DNA of 64,000 bases from positions 154,154 through 218,153 of the forward strand of contig CAWKBY010000005.1 of NCBI GenBank assembly GCA_963848025.1, in the 5' to 3' direction. The DNA comes from an uncultured Actinomycetota bacterium (GTDB lineage: Bacteria > Actinomycetota > Actinomycetes > Propionibacteriales > Nocardioidaceae). Made by a program: the position numbers and the translations under genes. Below, piece by piece: positions 1-13,422 of the stretch (its first letter is position 1; every line of letters starts with the position of its first letter). The notes under the pieces were generated by a model, which had not been told where the DNA came from, made no database searches, and worked only from the letters and a program-made list of their open reading frames with translations.

Positions 1-164
1 TCCTCCCCGCCGACATGCTCAGCGACCAACTCGTGGAGCCTGGTCACCCCCTCCAGGCCCTCGGCCAGTCGCCTTCGTGCCAGCACCTGGCCGTCGTCGT
101 CGACCAGCTCGATGTCGTGATGGTCCTCGGCCCAGTCATCACCGATGAACAGCAAACCCGTCAC
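1..164 (-). mobile_element. IS110-family transposase, 5' part only (gene runs off the left edge)
   Basis: Minus-strand translation from GTG at 164 (SD-like CAGGAG at 165-170) gives VTGLLFIGDDWAEDHHDIELVDDDGQVLARRRLAEGLEGVTRLHELVAEHVGGE. This is the typical IS110/DEDD transposase N-terminus (DWAExHHD). Track ORF 15..221(+) is its antisense shadow. Confidence 0.7.
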
Positions 165-488
165 CTCCTGCTCGGATGGCCTACCACGGTGCAGCGCGGA
201 GGAGGACTGCCGGCGATCTAATGGTCAAGTGCTCACCAAACCTCGGGGCACGACATCCCAGCAGCGGTTACCGCCCTCCTCACGACCAGCGAGCGCACGG
301 TCTGCCGAAAGACCTTCAAGCGATCAGATCCGCGGAGTGCTGACCCGCTGGCCGCTACAGACCCAGACTGCCGAAACAGCCCGGTAGAAGCCATGAGATC
401 CGCGCTTGTTCCGACGGGTCGTTGGGCGACCTCCCATCAGCGAATCTGGGCGTGAGCACGCCGCTGGCGTGGCGTCCGCAGTCGCCTG

Positions 489-1793
489 TCACTCTCGTCG
501 TGGTCGGTGTCGGATCGGGGGAACGGTCTGACCTGTTCGTCGGGGCGGCGGGAGGAACTCCGGCCGCCCACCGGCGGCCAGCCGCACCTCCCAGGGGGTG
601 TGGTGGATGAGTCGGTGGTGGTGGCCGCAGAGCAGCACCAGGTTGTCCAGGCTGGTGGGGCCGCCGTCGGCCCAATGGGTCAGGTGGTGGGCGTGGCACA
701 TCACCGGCGGCCGGGTGCAGGACGGGAACGCGCAGTGCCGGTCCCGAGCCACCAGCGCCTGCCAGATCGCCGCGGTGACCAGCCGCCGCTCCCGCCCCAC
801 ATCCAGCACCTGGCTCTCCGCACCGAGCACCACCGGCACGATCCCGGCATCACACGCCAGCCGGCGCACCGCGGCCCCCGAGAGCCGCAGCCCGTCCTCG
901 GCCTCACCCTCACCCAGGCCCAGGTCGTGGCGGAGGTCGTCGAGGTCGATCGTGACCGCGACCCGGGGCACGGCGCCGTGGCTGGCCGGGGGGAGCCCGG
1001 TGTCCAGGGCGTGCTGGGCGGTCGCGACCAGGGCGTCCCACAGGCGGGCGCCGTGGTCACGCGGGTCGGCCCCCAGCGTCTCGGGGTCCTCACCGGTGGG
1101 CTGGGGCCTGGTCAACGGCAACAGCGCCGCCCGCAGGATGGCGCCGTCCTCGACCGACCCGCGGCCCTTGACCCGCACCCCGCCCGCACCGTCCTCGGTG
1201 ATCGCCAGGAACCGCCCCAGATGCGCGGCCCGCTCCTCCCGCTCCAAGCCGGCCTCCAGCCGCCGCTCCTCCCGATCCGGGTCCACCACCTGCACCAGAT
1301 GCCGCCCGGCGCGGGCCAGGTCGGTTGCGTCCAGGGTGCGTGCCTGCTCCAACAGATGCGTCTCGCCGCGGCGCCGCAACAGCGGTGCGGTCGGCAGGGT
1401 GTCGACGGCGTCGAGCACCACATCAGCCTGCTCCGCCGACACCTCCCCAGCCGCCAACGCCGCCGCCGTGGCAGCCCGCTCACCGGCCAACGCCTGCGCC
1501 CGGCGCACCACCCGCCGGCCCGCCCCGCGGCGCAGCCCACCCACATGGGTCAACCAGTCAGCCGTGGAACCCCAGCCCGCCCGCTTCGCCGCGCCGCGGG
1601 CCTCGACCTCGGCCACCGCACCGGCCTCCACCGCCGCCAGCACCGCCCGGAGCTCGGCCACCGCGAGCCCCACCTCCAGCAGCTCCCCATCGCTGCGCGC
1701 GGCCCACAACACCTCGCTCAGCGAGGCGACCTCGGCCGTGGCCCGGCCGAGGAGCTCGGCCGGCCCAGAACCGGAGTCGGTGAGGATCGCCAT
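489..1793 (-). CDS. DUF222 / HNH endonuclease family protein (REP13E12-like)
   Basis: The C-terminal 434 aa of track ORF 489..3227 start at ATG 1793 (MAILTDSGSGPAELLG...). The protein ends with CAFPSCTRPPVMCHAHHLTHWADGGPTSLDNLVLLCGHHHRLIH, an HNH motif. The overall layout matches actinobacterial DUF222 proteins. Confidence 0.8.
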   Translation of the reverse strand: MAILTDSGSGPAELLGRATAEVASLSEVLWAARSDGELLEVGLAVAELRAVLAAVEAGAVAEVEARGAAKRAGWGSTADWLTHVGGLRRGAGRRVVRRAQALAGERAATAAALAAGEVSAEQADVVLDAVDTLPTAPLLRRRGETHLLEQARTLDATDLARAGRHLVQVVDPDREERRLEAGLEREERAAHLGRFLAITEDGAGGVRVKGRGSVEDGAILRAALLPLTRPQPTGEDPETLGADPRDHGARLWDALVATAQHALDTGLPPASHGAVPRVAVTIDLDDLRHDLGLGEGEAEDGLRLSGAAVRRLACDAGIVPVVLGAESQVLDVGRERRLVTAAIWQALVARDRHCAFPSCTRPPVMCHAHHLTHWADGGPTSLDNLVLLCGHHHRLIHHTPWEVRLAAGGRPEFLPPPRRTGQTVPPIRHRPRRE

Positions 1794-1996
1794 ACCCCCA
1801 CCCCACCAGCCGCCACCGACAACAAGACCCCCGAAACCAGGGTTCTCCACAGCCGGCCAGGTCACGGTTCCATCACGGAATCCGAGCACTCTCCACAGGG
1901 CCGGGGCAGCTGGCTTCGACACCTTTCGCGACAAAGTCAGGTCGGCCGACTCACAGCGCCGGATGCTGGTTTCGAGACGCGCGTTGCGCGCGCTCC

Positions 1997-3184
1997 TCAG
2001 CCGGCCGAGGGCCGCTGCTCCCGCGCAGCGGGCACGACGAGCGCGGCGGGCACCAGCAGCACGGCCACCACCAGCAGCGCGTCGAGCGTCCCGACGTGGT
2101 CGGCGATGAACCCCACGAAGGGCGGGCCGACGAGGAAGGCGGTGTAGGCGATGGTGGCGACGACGCTGACCCGGGCCGCGCTGTGCGCCTGGTCGTCGGC
2201 GGCGGCGCTCATCCCGACCGGGAAGCCGAGCGAGGCGCCCATCCCCCACAGCAGGATGCCGAGGACGACGACCAGGGTCACCTGACCGAAGACGATCAGC
2301 AGCACGCCGACCCCAGCCAGGGCCATGGTGCCCCAGAGCACCGGCAGCCGGCCGAACCGGTCGAGCAGCACCGGCCCCACGACCCGGCCGACCGTCATCG
2401 CCGTCACGAAGCCGGCGAAGCCGAGCACCCCGACGGACCGCGAGACGTCGTAGCCGTCGATCAACGCCACCGCGAGCCAGTCGTTGGCGGTGCCCTCGGT
2501 CATCGCCAGCGCCAACACCATCACCCCGATCAGCAGCGTCCTCGGCTCCAGCCAGGCCCGCCAGGCAGAGCGACGCTCCGTGCCCCCGAGCTCCTCGGAC
2601 GCCACCGGCAGGAACCTCCCGGCCGACCACCAGGCCAGCACCCCCATCACGGCGGCGGCCCCGCCGAGGTGCGCCAGCATGGGTACGCCGACTGCGGTGG
2701 TGAGTGCTCCGACCCCTGCGCCGGCGACGGTCCCGAGGGAGAAGCCCGCGTGGAAGCGCGGCATGATCGTGCGCCCGAGACCTCGCTCGACCGCGGCCCC
2801 CTCGACGTTCATCGCGACGTCCCAGGAGCCGACGCCGACGCCGTAGACGAAGAGACCGACAGCGGTCACCGGCGCGGAGCCCACGACCGCGACCCCCACC
2901 GCGGCGACGACCAGCCCGGCGACGTCGGCCACCGCGCCGGCCCGCACCACCACGGCGGCACTGAACCGGGCGATCAGCGCGCCCGTGCTCGGCATCGCCA
3001 CGAGCGAGCCTGCGGAGATCGCAAGAAGTAGCAGCCCGAGCTGCCCGTTGCTCAGCGCGAGCTCGTGACGCGCCTCGGGGATGCGGGAGATCCAGGTGGC
3101 GAAGCCGAAGCCGTTGAGCAGGAACGACAGCATCACCGCGTTGCGGGCGTGGAGCACCACCCGGGAGGTGTCCGTGGGCGTCAT
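1997..3184 (-). CDS. MFS transporter
   Basis: 395-aa ORF with about 12 hydrophobic helices and an MFS-like N-terminus (VMLSFLLNGFGFATWISRIPE...). It has normal GC3 codon bias and an ATG at 3184. Confidence 0.8.
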   Translation of the reverse strand: MTPTDTSRVVLHARNAVMLSFLLNGFGFATWISRIPEARHELALSNGQLGLLLLAISAGSLVAMPSTGALIARFSAAVVVRAGAVADVAGLVVAAVGVAVVGSAPVTAVGLFVYGVGVGSWDVAMNVEGAAVERGLGRTIMPRFHAGFSLGTVAGAGVGALTTAVGVPMLAHLGGAAAVMGVLAWWSAGRFLPVASEELGGTERRSAWRAWLEPRTLLIGVMVLALAMTEGTANDWLAVALIDGYDVSRSVGVLGFAGFVTAMTVGRVVGPVLLDRFGRLPVLWGTMALAGVGVLLIVFGQVTLVVVLGILLWGMGASLGFPVGMSAAADDQAHSAARVSVVATIAYTAFLVGPPFVGFIADHVGTLDALLVVAVLLVPAALVVPAAREQRPSAG

Positions 3185-3192
3185 CAGGTCCT

Positions 3193-3657
3193 TCAGAACA
3201 GGCCGGGCGCGTCGCCCGGTCGGACACCGCGGGTGCCGGGCGGCATCGCCTCCAGCCAGGCCTGGAAGCCGGTGAGCGCGTCGGGGCTCATCGCCAGCTC
3301 CAGCAGGCCGTCGGGTGTCTCGCAGGCGACCACCACGTGGTCGGCGTACAACGAGAGCTCCTCGCTGCCCTCGGGTTCGCGACGGGTGGCGATCTCCAGG
3401 TCACGGCGGTCCCAGACCCGCTTGGGCCGAGGCGCCACCGAGAAGATGCGGAACCACTCGAGCTTCTCTCCCGAGTAGCGCCCCATCCCGAGAAGCCAAC
3501 CGCGCCCGGCCTTCGTGGACCGGGCGCGATAGCTGAGCTCGAAGGTGGCACCGTGGCGTGCGAGCGCCCGCCGGCGGACGACGAGGGCGAGACCGTAGAG
3601 CAGCACGCAGAGCAGCGCGAGCCCGACCACGTCGAGCAGCAGCTGCCACGCAGGCAT
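3193..3657 (-). CDS. DUF2550 family membrane protein (conserved downstream of atpC in actinobacteria)
   Basis: 154 aa with an N-terminal TM helix, then RHGATFELSYR...GRYSGEKLEWFRIFS. Its position directly after atpC matches Mtb Rv1312. Confidence 0.75.
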   Translation of the reverse strand: MPAWQLLLDVVGLALLCVLLYGLALVVRRRALARHGATFELSYRARSTKAGRGWLLGMGRYSGEKLEWFRIFSVAPRPKRVWDRRDLEIATRREPEGSEELSLYADHVVVACETPDGLLELAMSPDALTGFQAWLEAMPPGTRGVRPGDAPGLF

Positions 3658-3683
3658 CTACTCCTCCCCTCGGGGGTCGTCGG

Positions 3684-4075
3684 TCAGTGGGCGCGCTCCG
3701 CGGCACGGATCTGGGCCTCGGCGAGGCGGACGGCGGCCACCGCCTCATCCTCATTCTCCCCCGCGGCCTGAGCGCGCTCCAGGTCCTGACGCGCCTTCTC
3801 GAGGTCGATGTCGTGCGACGCCTCGGCGTACTCGGACAGGATCGAGACACGGTTGTTGGCCACGGACAGGAAGCCGCTGCTCACCGCCGCCACCCACGTC
3901 TCGTCCTCGGACGTCAACACGTCGACGACGCCGTCGACCAGCACCGACAGCAGCGGCGCGTGGCCGGGCAGGATGCCGACGTCGCCCTCGCTGGTGCGGG
4001 CGATCACCCGGGTGGCCTCGCCCGACCACACGGTGCGGTCGGCCGAGACGACCTCGACGTGGAGAACGTCTGCCA

Positions 4076-4076
<1 letters not shown>
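3684..4076 (-). CDS. atpC: F0F1 ATP synthase subunit epsilon
   Basis: MADVLHVEVVSADRTVWSGEATRVIARTSEGDVGILPGHAPLLSVL... The start ATG (4074-4076) overlaps the atpD stop by 1 nt. Confidence 0.95.
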
Positions 4077-6482
<2,406 letters not shown>

Positions 6483-6484
6483 GC

Positions 6485-8125
6485 TCAGCCCCGCTTCTGC
6501 TTGACGATCTGCTCCTGCTCGATGTCTTCCTCGGGCAGCGCCTCGTGCTCCTCCTTGCCTGCCTTGATCGGCTGGCCGTCGGAGGTCTCGAACTGGTGGA
6601 GGAACTCGTCGTACGCCGCAGCCGCCTCGGCCTCGGCGTCCTCACCGAACTTCTGGGTCTCGCGGATCCCGTCGAGGATGCCGGCGTGCGAGCGGCGCAG
6701 GAAGTCGAGGAACTCGTGCTCGAAGCGCAGCACGTCCTCGGTCGGCACGATGTCGAGGCGGCCGGAGGTGCCGGTCCACAGCGAGATGGTCATCTCGTCG
6801 ACGGGGTACGGCGAGTACTGCGGCTGCCGGAGCAGGGCCATCAGTCGCTGGCCACGGTCGAGCTGTCGGCGCGACGCGGCGTCGAGGTCGGAGGCGAACA
6901 TGGCGAACGCCTCCATGGCGCGGTACTGCGCGAGGTCGACCTTCAGCGAGCCGGTCACAGCCTTCATCGCCTTGGTCATCGCGGCACCACCGACCCGGGA
7001 CACCGAGATGCCGACGTCGATCGCCGGCCGCTGGTTGGCCGCGAACAGGTCGGACTGCAGGAAGATCTGGCCGTCGGTGATCGAGATGACGTTGGTCGGG
7101 ATGAAGGCCGACACGTCGTTGGCCTTGGTCTCGATGATGGGCAGCCCGGTCATCGATCCCGCGCCCATGTCGTCGGACAGCTTGGCGCAACGCTCCAGCA
7201 GCCGGCTGTGCAGGTAGAACACGTCACCCGGGTAGGCCTCGCGGCCCGGCGGGCGACGCAGCAGCAGCGACACCGAACGGTAGGCCTCGGCCTGCTTGGT
7301 CAGGTCGTCGAACACGATGAGGACGTGCTTGCCGTCGTACATCCAGTGCTGGCCGATGGCCGAGCCGGTGTAGGGGGCGAGGTACTTGAAGCCGGCCGAG
7401 TCGGAGGCGGGCGAGGCCACGATGGTGGTGTACTCCAGAGCGCCGGCCTCCTCGAGGGCGCCGCGCACCGAGGCGATGGTGGAGCCCTTCTGGCCGATGG
7501 CCACGTAGATGCAGCGCACCTGCTTGGTCGGGTCGCCCGAGTCCCAGTACTGCTTCTGGTTGATGATGGTGTCGATCGCGATCGTGGTCTTGCCGGTCGC
7601 GCGGTCACCGATGATCAGCTGGCGCTGGCCGCGCCCGATCGGGGTCAGGGCGTCGATCGCCTTGATGCCGGTCGCCAGCGGCTCGTGCACCGACTTGCGC
7701 TGCACCACAGACGGCGCCTGCAGCTCGAGCGCCCGGCGCTCGTTGCTCTCGATCTCGCCCAGCCCGTCGATCGGCGTGCCAAGGGGGTCGACGACCCGGC
7801 CCATGTATCCGTCGCCGACCGGCACCGAAAGGATCTCGCCGGTGCGCCTGACCGACTGGCCCTCCTCGATCTTCTCGAAGTCACCGAGGACCACGACACC
7901 GATCTCGCGAGTGTCGAGGTTCAGCGCGATGCCGAGGGTGCCGTCCTCGAACTCCAGCAGCTCGTTGGCCATCACCGAAGGCAGCCCCGACACCCGCGCG
8001 ATGCCGTCTGCGGCCTCGGCGACCGTGCCGACCTCCTCGCGGCTGGCGGTCTCGGGCTGGTAGTCAGCCACGAAGCGCTGCAGCGCGTCCCGGATCTCCT
8101 CCGGACGGATCGAAAGCTCCGTCAT
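6485..8125 (-). CDS. atpA: F0F1 ATP synthase subunit alpha
   Basis: 546 aa with Walker [16 protein letters not shown] and a C-terminal acidic extension typical of actinobacteria. Confidence 0.98.
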   Translation of the reverse strand: MTELSIRPEEIRDALQRFVADYQPETASREEVGTVAEAADGIARVSGLPSVMANELLEFEDGTLGIALNLDTREIGVVVLGDFEKIEEGQSVRRTGEILSVPVGDGYMGRVVDPLGTPIDGLGEIESNERRALELQAPSVVQRKSVHEPLATGIKAIDALTPIGRGQRQLIIGDRATGKTTIAIDTIINQKQYWDSGDPTKQVRCIYVAIGQKGSTIASVRGALEEAGALEYTTIVASPASDSAGFKYLAPYTGSAIGQHWMYDGKHVLIVFDDLTKQAEAYRSVSLLLRRPPGREAYPGDVFYLHSRLLERCAKLSDDMGAGSMTGLPIIETKANDVSAFIPTNVISITDGQIFLQSDLFAANQRPAIDVGISVSRVGGAAMTKAMKAVTGSLKVDLAQYRAMEAFAMFASDLDAASRRQLDRGQRLMALLRQPQYSPYPVDEMTISLWTGTSGRLDIVPTEDVLRFEHEFLDFLRRSHAGILDGIRETQKFGEDAEAEAAAAYDEFLHQFETSDGQPIKAGKEEHEALPEEDIEQEQIVKQKRG

Positions 8126-8176
8126 TGCTCGTTCCTCACTGTTGTCTGCGGAAGTTCGTAGGTTGGGGGCAGCCGG

Positions 8177-8985
8177 TCAGCCGGCCAGCTTGCGGCGGGC
8201 CTCGTCGAGCCTGCTCAGGACAGTGCCGTCGATGACGTCGTCGCCGATCTCGACCCGGATGCCTCCGATGACGTGTGGGTCGATGATGACGTTGAGGTGC
8301 ACGTCGCGCTCGTAGCGTCGTGACAGGGCGTCGGCGAGCCGACTCTGCTCGCTCTCGCTGAGGGTGCGTGCCACGCGGACGGTCGCGACCTTCTGGTCGT
8401 TGACGTCGGCCGCGACCTGCTGGAAGGCCTGCAGGGCCACCCCGACGGTGCGGTAGCTGCCGGCCAGCGCCTGCTCGGCCAGGGTCACCGTGGCGGGCAG
8501 CGCCTTGCCGTCGAGCAGCCCGTGCAGGAGCTGGGCCTTGTCGTCGACCGAACGGGCGGGGTCGGACAGCGCGTCGCGCAGCGAGGCGCTGTCCCCCACG
8601 ATCCGACCGAACTCGAACAGCTCGTCGGAGAGCCGGGCCGAGTCTGCGTCGGCCGACCGGACGACGGCCACGACGCCGAGGTGCTCCAGGACGTCGGCCA
8701 GGTCACGGGTGGCGGTCCACCGATGGCCGACGGCAGCGGAGACGACCCCCAGGGCGGCCGGGTCGACCTTACCCTCGAAGACCTCGCGCAGCAGCCCCTG
8801 CTTCGCCGCAGTGGCCACCGACACGTCGGTGGCGATCCGCCGCAGAGAGGGCTCGGCGCGCAGCACCTGGGCCACCGAGAACAGCGAGCTGCCCACGGCT
8901 GCGGCGTCCGCACCGCCGTCGAGCGCCGAGCCGAGCTCGCCGTCCAGGCTGCCCAGCGCCCCGGCAGACGCACCTCGGAAGGTCA

Positions 8986-8986
<1 letters not shown>
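8177..8986 (-). CDS. atpH: F0F1 ATP synthase subunit delta
   Basis: 269 aa with an OSCP-like C-terminus (VATVRVARTLSESEQSRLADALSRRYERDVHLNVIIDPHVIGGIRVEIGDDVIDGTV). Operon position fits. Confidence 0.93.
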
Positions 8987-9558
<572 letters not shown>

Positions 9559-9569
9559 TCAGTCGAAGG

Positions 9570-9773
9570 TCAGAGCACGAAGGCCAGGGCGATACCGATG
9601 ATGGCGAGCGCCTCGGCCAGGGCGAAGCCCAGGATGGCGATCGACTGCAGGCGGCTCTGGGCCTCGGGCTGCCGGGCCACGCCGGAGATGTAGGCCGCGA
9701 AGATCAGGCCGATGCCGATGCCGGGGCCGATGGCCGCCAGACCGTAGCCGATCATGTTGAGCGAGCCGGTCAT
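9570..9773 (-). CDS. atpE: F0F1 ATP synthase subunit c
   Basis: 67 aa two-helix proteolipid with [12 protein letters not shown] in the loop and the conserved Glu in [11 protein letters not shown]. Confidence 0.96.
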   Translation of the reverse strand: MTGSLNMIGYGLAAIGPGIGIGLIFAAYISGVARQPEAQSRLQSIAILGFALAEALAIIGIALAFVL

Positions 9774-9829
9774 GTGGGTTTCCTTTCGGTGGGAACTACT
9801 TCAGGGGTGGTCGTGCTGGGGTGCTGCGG

Positions 9830-10657
9830 TCAGTGCTCGTCGGCCAGCGAACCGGAGATGTACATGGCGTTGAGCAGCGTGAAGACGTAGGCCTGCAGGA
9901 ACTGGACCAGCAGCTCGAGGAAGGCGATCGCGACGAACAGCGCCCAGGCCAGCAGGCCGACGGGCTTGATGGCCACGCTGGCCTCCAGCAGGAGGTACTC
10001 GCCGCCGAGCGCGAACAGGATCAGCAGCAGGTGGCCGGCCAGCATGTTGGCGAACAGACGCAGAGCCAGCGTGACCGGGCGGACCAGGATGTTGGAGAGG
10101 AACTCCAGGGGGATCAGGAGCGCCAGGATGGGGCCGCCCACGCCCGAGGGCACCGACATCAGCTTGAGATAGCCGAGGAAGCCGTGCTTCTTGATGCCCA
10201 CGGCGTTGTAGACGACCCAGCTCATCGCGGCCAGTCCGTAGACCATCCCCGCCCGCGACAACGTCGGGAACTGGAACATCGGCATCGTCGCGAAGACGTT
10301 GTTGATCAGGATGAAGAAGAACAGCGCGAAGAGGTAGGGCACGAACCTCATGAAGTCCTGGCTGCCGATGATGTCGCGGCCCATCGAGTTGCGCACGAAG
10401 CCGTAGGCCTCCTCGCCGAGGTACTGCAGCTTGCCGGGCACCATCTCGCGCTTGCGCGAGGCGAGGTAGAAGAAGCCGAAGACCAGCACCGCGGCCAGAA
10501 CCAGCTGGAGCATCGGCTTGGTGACGCCGAGGTACATCTCCTCGCCACCGAAGGTAAAGGTGCCGCCGCCCACGACCGGAGGGAGGTTGAAGTCGCCGGG
10601 CCCGGGCGGGGTGAAGCCCTCGCCCTCGGCGAGAATCGTCACGGCGTTGAGGCTCAC
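9830..10657 (-). CDS. atpB: F0F1 ATP synthase subunit a
   Basis: 275 aa polytopic protein with the conserved LALRLFANMLAGH motif containing the essential Arg. Confidence 0.96.
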   Translation of the reverse strand: MSLNAVTILAEGEGFTPPGPGDFNLPPVVGGGTFTFGGEEMYLGVTKPMLQLVLAAVLVFGFFYLASRKREMVPGKLQYLGEEAYGFVRNSMGRDIIGSQDFMRFVPYLFALFFFILINNVFATMPMFQFPTLSRAGMVYGLAAMSWVVYNAVGIKKHGFLGYLKLMSVPSGVGGPILALLIPLEFLSNILVRPVTLALRLFANMLAGHLLLILFALGGEYLLLEASVAIKPVGLLAWALFVAIAFLELLVQFLQAYVFTLLNAMYISGSLADEH

Positions 10658-10691
10658 TCGGTCTCCTCGTCGGTCGTCAGGTCGTCGGTGG

Positions 10692-10925
10692 CTACGGGTG
10701 GTCGTCGGTGCTGGGCCGGAACCTGGTCCAGGTGAGCCAGAGACCCATCCCCGCGCCGGCCAGGATGCCGATCACCACGAGGTAGGTCGTGCCCAGCCAG
10801 CGGTCGAGACCCCAGCCGATCGCGCCGTACAGGAACACCCCGGAAGTGAGGTAGCCGAAGGCGTGCCAAGGGTCGCCCTGCGGGGAGCCTCCGGAGTTCG
10901 CCGTCGGTGTGATCTGTCGAGCCAT
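10692..10925 (-). CDS. AtpZ/AtpI-type small membrane protein
   Basis: 77 aa with two TM helices (AFGYLTSGVFLYGAIGWGLDRWLGTTYLVVIGILAGAGMGLWL). It sits immediately upstream of atpB. Confidence 0.7.
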   Translation of the reverse strand: MARQITPTANSGGSPQGDPWHAFGYLTSGVFLYGAIGWGLDRWLGTTYLVVIGILAGAGMGLWLTWTRFRPSTDDHP

Positions 10926-10955
10926 CGCGCCCCGGACAATAGCAGCCGTGGGGGG

Positions 10956-11417
10956 TCATGCCTCACCCCGCGGTCGCTGGGTGGGACCGGGCTCGTAGGC
11001 CGGGATGCGGGCACGCACCGACTGGCGGATCTGCACGCCGAGCCAGGCCAGCGTGCCGATGATGACCGTGCCGGCGAGCCAGCGCTCGTCGAGCTGCTCA
11101 CCGAGGGCACCGGAGGTGCTCAGACCCCAGAAGACGAGGCCCATCAGGACCACCTGCAGGGTGTAGGTCAGCAGCGCCACGAGCAGCGAGGCTGCGGGCA
11201 TCATCGAGGCGACCGCGTTGACCGCGAAGGCGCCGAGACCGAAGACCAGCACCACCAGCAGAGCGCCGACGAGCGCGCCCGCTGCGGCCGGCGTACCGGC
11301 GACGAGCAGCCCGGCCAACGCGGCGCCGAGCGTGACGATGGTGGCCGCCGCGGCCGCCCCGAGAAGCACTCGCGCGCCCGCGTCGCGGGTGGGGTGCAGC
11401 GTCTCGGTCGTCATCAT
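10956..11417 (-). CDS. atpI: ATP synthase protein I-like membrane protein
   Basis: Four hydrophobic helices and a position at the head of the atp operon (compare Mtb Rv1303). The start is uncertain: ATG 11417 or 11414 was chosen over the track start 11498. Confidence 0.6.
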   Translation of the reverse strand: MMTTETLHPTRDAGARVLLGAAAAATIVTLGAALAGLLVAGTPAAAGALVGALLVVLVFGLGAFAVNAVASMMPAASLLVALLTYTLQVVLMGLVFWGLSTSGALGEQLDERWLAGTVIIGTLAWLGVQIRQSVRARIPAYEPGPTQRPRGEA

Positions 11418-11534
11418 CGGCGGCCTGATCTGTTGAGGTGACGTGGCGGTGTCGGGGCCCTCTTGATGGCCCTGCGGAGCGCTCGTGAAAACTATCACAA
11501 GGCCTCCGGGGTGCCGAAAACGGCGTCCACCCCG

Positions 11535-12671
11535 TCAGGCCGCCGGGCTGGGCAGCTCGTGCCGGTGAAGGACCGGCAGGATGAACGTGGCCGCCACCGT
11601 CAGCAGGAAGGCGGAGCCGATCAGGCCCCACATCACCGGCCCGGTGTAGAGGCTGACCGCCACCGTGCCGAACGCGATCAGGGCTGCCCACAGCCACAGG
11701 ATCAGCACCGCTCGGCGGTGGGAGTGGCCGATCTCCAGCATCCGGTGGTGCAGGTGCTGCTTGTCGGGCGCGAACGGCGACCGCCCCGCGCGGGTGCGCC
11801 GCACCACGGCCAGGGCGAGGTCGGCCAGGGGCAGCATGAGCCACGAGATCGGCAGCGCCAGCGGCAGCAGCATCGGGACGAAGCTGGCGTCGGTGCCCAG
11901 CGCACCGCTCTGCAGCGACGAGGGAGGGTACTGCCCGGTCAGGGTGATCGCCGAGGCCGCCAGGAAGAGCCCCAGCAGCATCGAGCCGCTGTCTCCCATG
12001 AACAGTCGGGCCGGGTGCACGTTGTGGGGCAGGAAGCCGACACACGCCCCTGCCAGCATGGCGCTCAGCAGCGCACCCGTGACCGCCAGGGACACTCCGT
12101 TGAGGGCCGCCAGCTGGTAGCAGAACAAGAAGAACGCCAGCGACCCCATGGTCACCACGCCGGCGGCCAGCCCGTCGAGACCGTCGACGAAGTTGACGGC
12201 GTTCATCGTCGCCACCACGACGAAGACGGTGAGCAGCGCCGCCTGGGTGTACTCGAGGGAGAACTGACCGCCGTCGGGCTTGATGAAGTAGGTGAACTGG
12301 ATGTTGTTGTAGACCAGGAAGCCGGCCGCGAGGAGCTGGCCGCCGAACTTCGTCAGGGCGTCGAGATCGAAGATGTCGTCGAGCACACCGACCGCGCAGA
12401 TGATCACCCCGGCCACCAGCACGACCCCGGCGTCGCGGAACACGAAGGACCCGCTGAGGGACAGGAACGGCAGCTGGCGGGCCACGAGGAACGCCGCCAC
12501 CAGGCCGCCGAGCATCGCCAGGCCACCGAGGTAGGGGATCGGCTCGTCGTGCACATCGCGGTCGCGCACGGCGGCCACCGCCCCGGTGCGCACCGCGATC
12601 TCGCGCGCTACCACGGTGAGCAGATAGGTCACCGCCACGGCGACCAGGAAGACCAGGGCGTACTCGCGCAC
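11535..12671 (-). CDS. wecA: Undecaprenyl-phosphate GlcNAc-1-phosphate transferase (glycosyltransferase family 4, WecA/Rfe)
   Basis: 378 aa polytopic MraY/WecA-family protein with the NAVNFVDGLDGLA motif. Its position equals Mtb rfe (Rv1302). Confidence 0.88.
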   Translation of the reverse strand: MREYALVFLVAVAVTYLLTVVAREIAVRTGAVAAVRDRDVHDEPIPYLGGLAMLGGLVAAFLVARQLPFLSLSGSFVFRDAGVVLVAGVIICAVGVLDDIFDLDALTKFGGQLLAAGFLVYNNIQFTYFIKPDGGQFSLEYTQAALLTVFVVVATMNAVNFVDGLDGLAAGVVTMGSLAFFLFCYQLAALNGVSLAVTGALLSAMLAGACVGFLPHNVHPARLFMGDSGSMLLGLFLAASAITLTGQYPPSSLQSGALGTDASFVPMLLPLALPISWLMLPLADLALAVVRRTRAGRSPFAPDKQHLHHRMLEIGHSHRRAVLILWLWAALIAFGTVAVSLYTGPVMWGLIGSAFLLTVAATFILPVLHRHELPSPAA

Positions 12672-13376
12672 TCAGGCCTGCCCGTCGCCGTCCTCGTCGG
12701 AGTCCCCGGGCTGCGACGCGGGCTCCCCCACCGACCAGCCGAGCGGGGTGAGCACCTCGTCGAGCTGCGCCCGGCTCAGCGCCCCCTCGCGCAGCACCTT
12801 GGGGCGGGTGCCGGTGACGGCCACGATCGTGGAGGAGACGGTGCCGGGGCTCGGCCCGGCGTCGATGATCAGAGGCACGGCCTCGCCCAGCATCTCTGCC
12901 GCCTCGGCCGCTGTGGTGGCCGGAGGATGGCCGCTGAGGTTGGCCGAGCTGACGGCCAGCGGTCCGGTGCGCTCGAGGATCTCGCGGGTCAGCTCGTGGT
13001 CGGGCATCCGCACCGCGACCGTTCCGCGGGTCTCGCCCAGGTCCCACTTCAGCGACGGCTGCTGCCGGGCCACGATCGTCAGCGGCCCGGGCCAGAACTC
13101 CTCGATCAGGGCCCGGGCGTACTCGGGCAGGCCGACGGCCAGCGCGTCGACGGTGGTCATCGAGCTGATCAGCACCGGGGGCGGCATCTCGCGGCCCCGG
13201 CCTTTCGCGGTGAGCAGCCGCTCCACCGAGTCGGGCTCGAAGGCGTCGGCGGCGAGGCCGTAGACGGTGTCCGTGGGGATCACCACGAGACGACCGCGGC
13301 TGATGGCGCGCACCGCCGCGACGATCGCGGCCTCGCGCTCCTCGGGGCTGTCGACCCGCAGGACGGCCGCGCTCAA
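12672..13376 (-). CDS. L-threonylcarbamoyladenylate synthase (Sua5/YwlC/TsaC family)
   Basis: 234 aa with GRLVVIPTDTVYGLAADAF and SSANLSGHPPATTA motifs. Synteny with Mtb Rv1301. Confidence 0.9.
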   Translation of the reverse strand: MSAAVLRVDSPEEREAAIVAAVRAISRGRLVVIPTDTVYGLAADAFEPDSVERLLTAKGRGREMPPPVLISSMTTVDALAVGLPEYARALIEEFWPGPLTIVARQQPSLKWDLGETRGTVAVRMPDHELTREILERTGPLAVSSANLSGHPPATTAAEAAEMLGEAVPLIIDAGPSPGTVSSTIVAVTGTRPKVLREGALSRAQLDEVLTPLGWSVGEPASQPGDSDEDGDGQA

Positions 13377-13422
13377 CGCCGGCTCCGCGGGACCGCGGAC
13401 AGGGACGTCGACGTCATGGGAG

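Noticed and set aside
15-221. 68-aa plus-strand ORF at the left edge
   Set aside because: The opposite strand encodes a textbook IS110 transposase N-terminus. The plus-strand ORF is its antisense shadow.
489-3227. 912-aa ORF spanning the HNH gene and the region antisense to the MFS transporter
   Set aside because: Only the C-terminal 434 aa (from ATG 1793) look like a real protein (DUF222/HNH). The N-terminal 478 aa are Arg/Gly/Ala-rich low-complexity sequence lying antisense to a well-supported MFS gene. Such stop-free antisense frames are typical of high-GC DNA.
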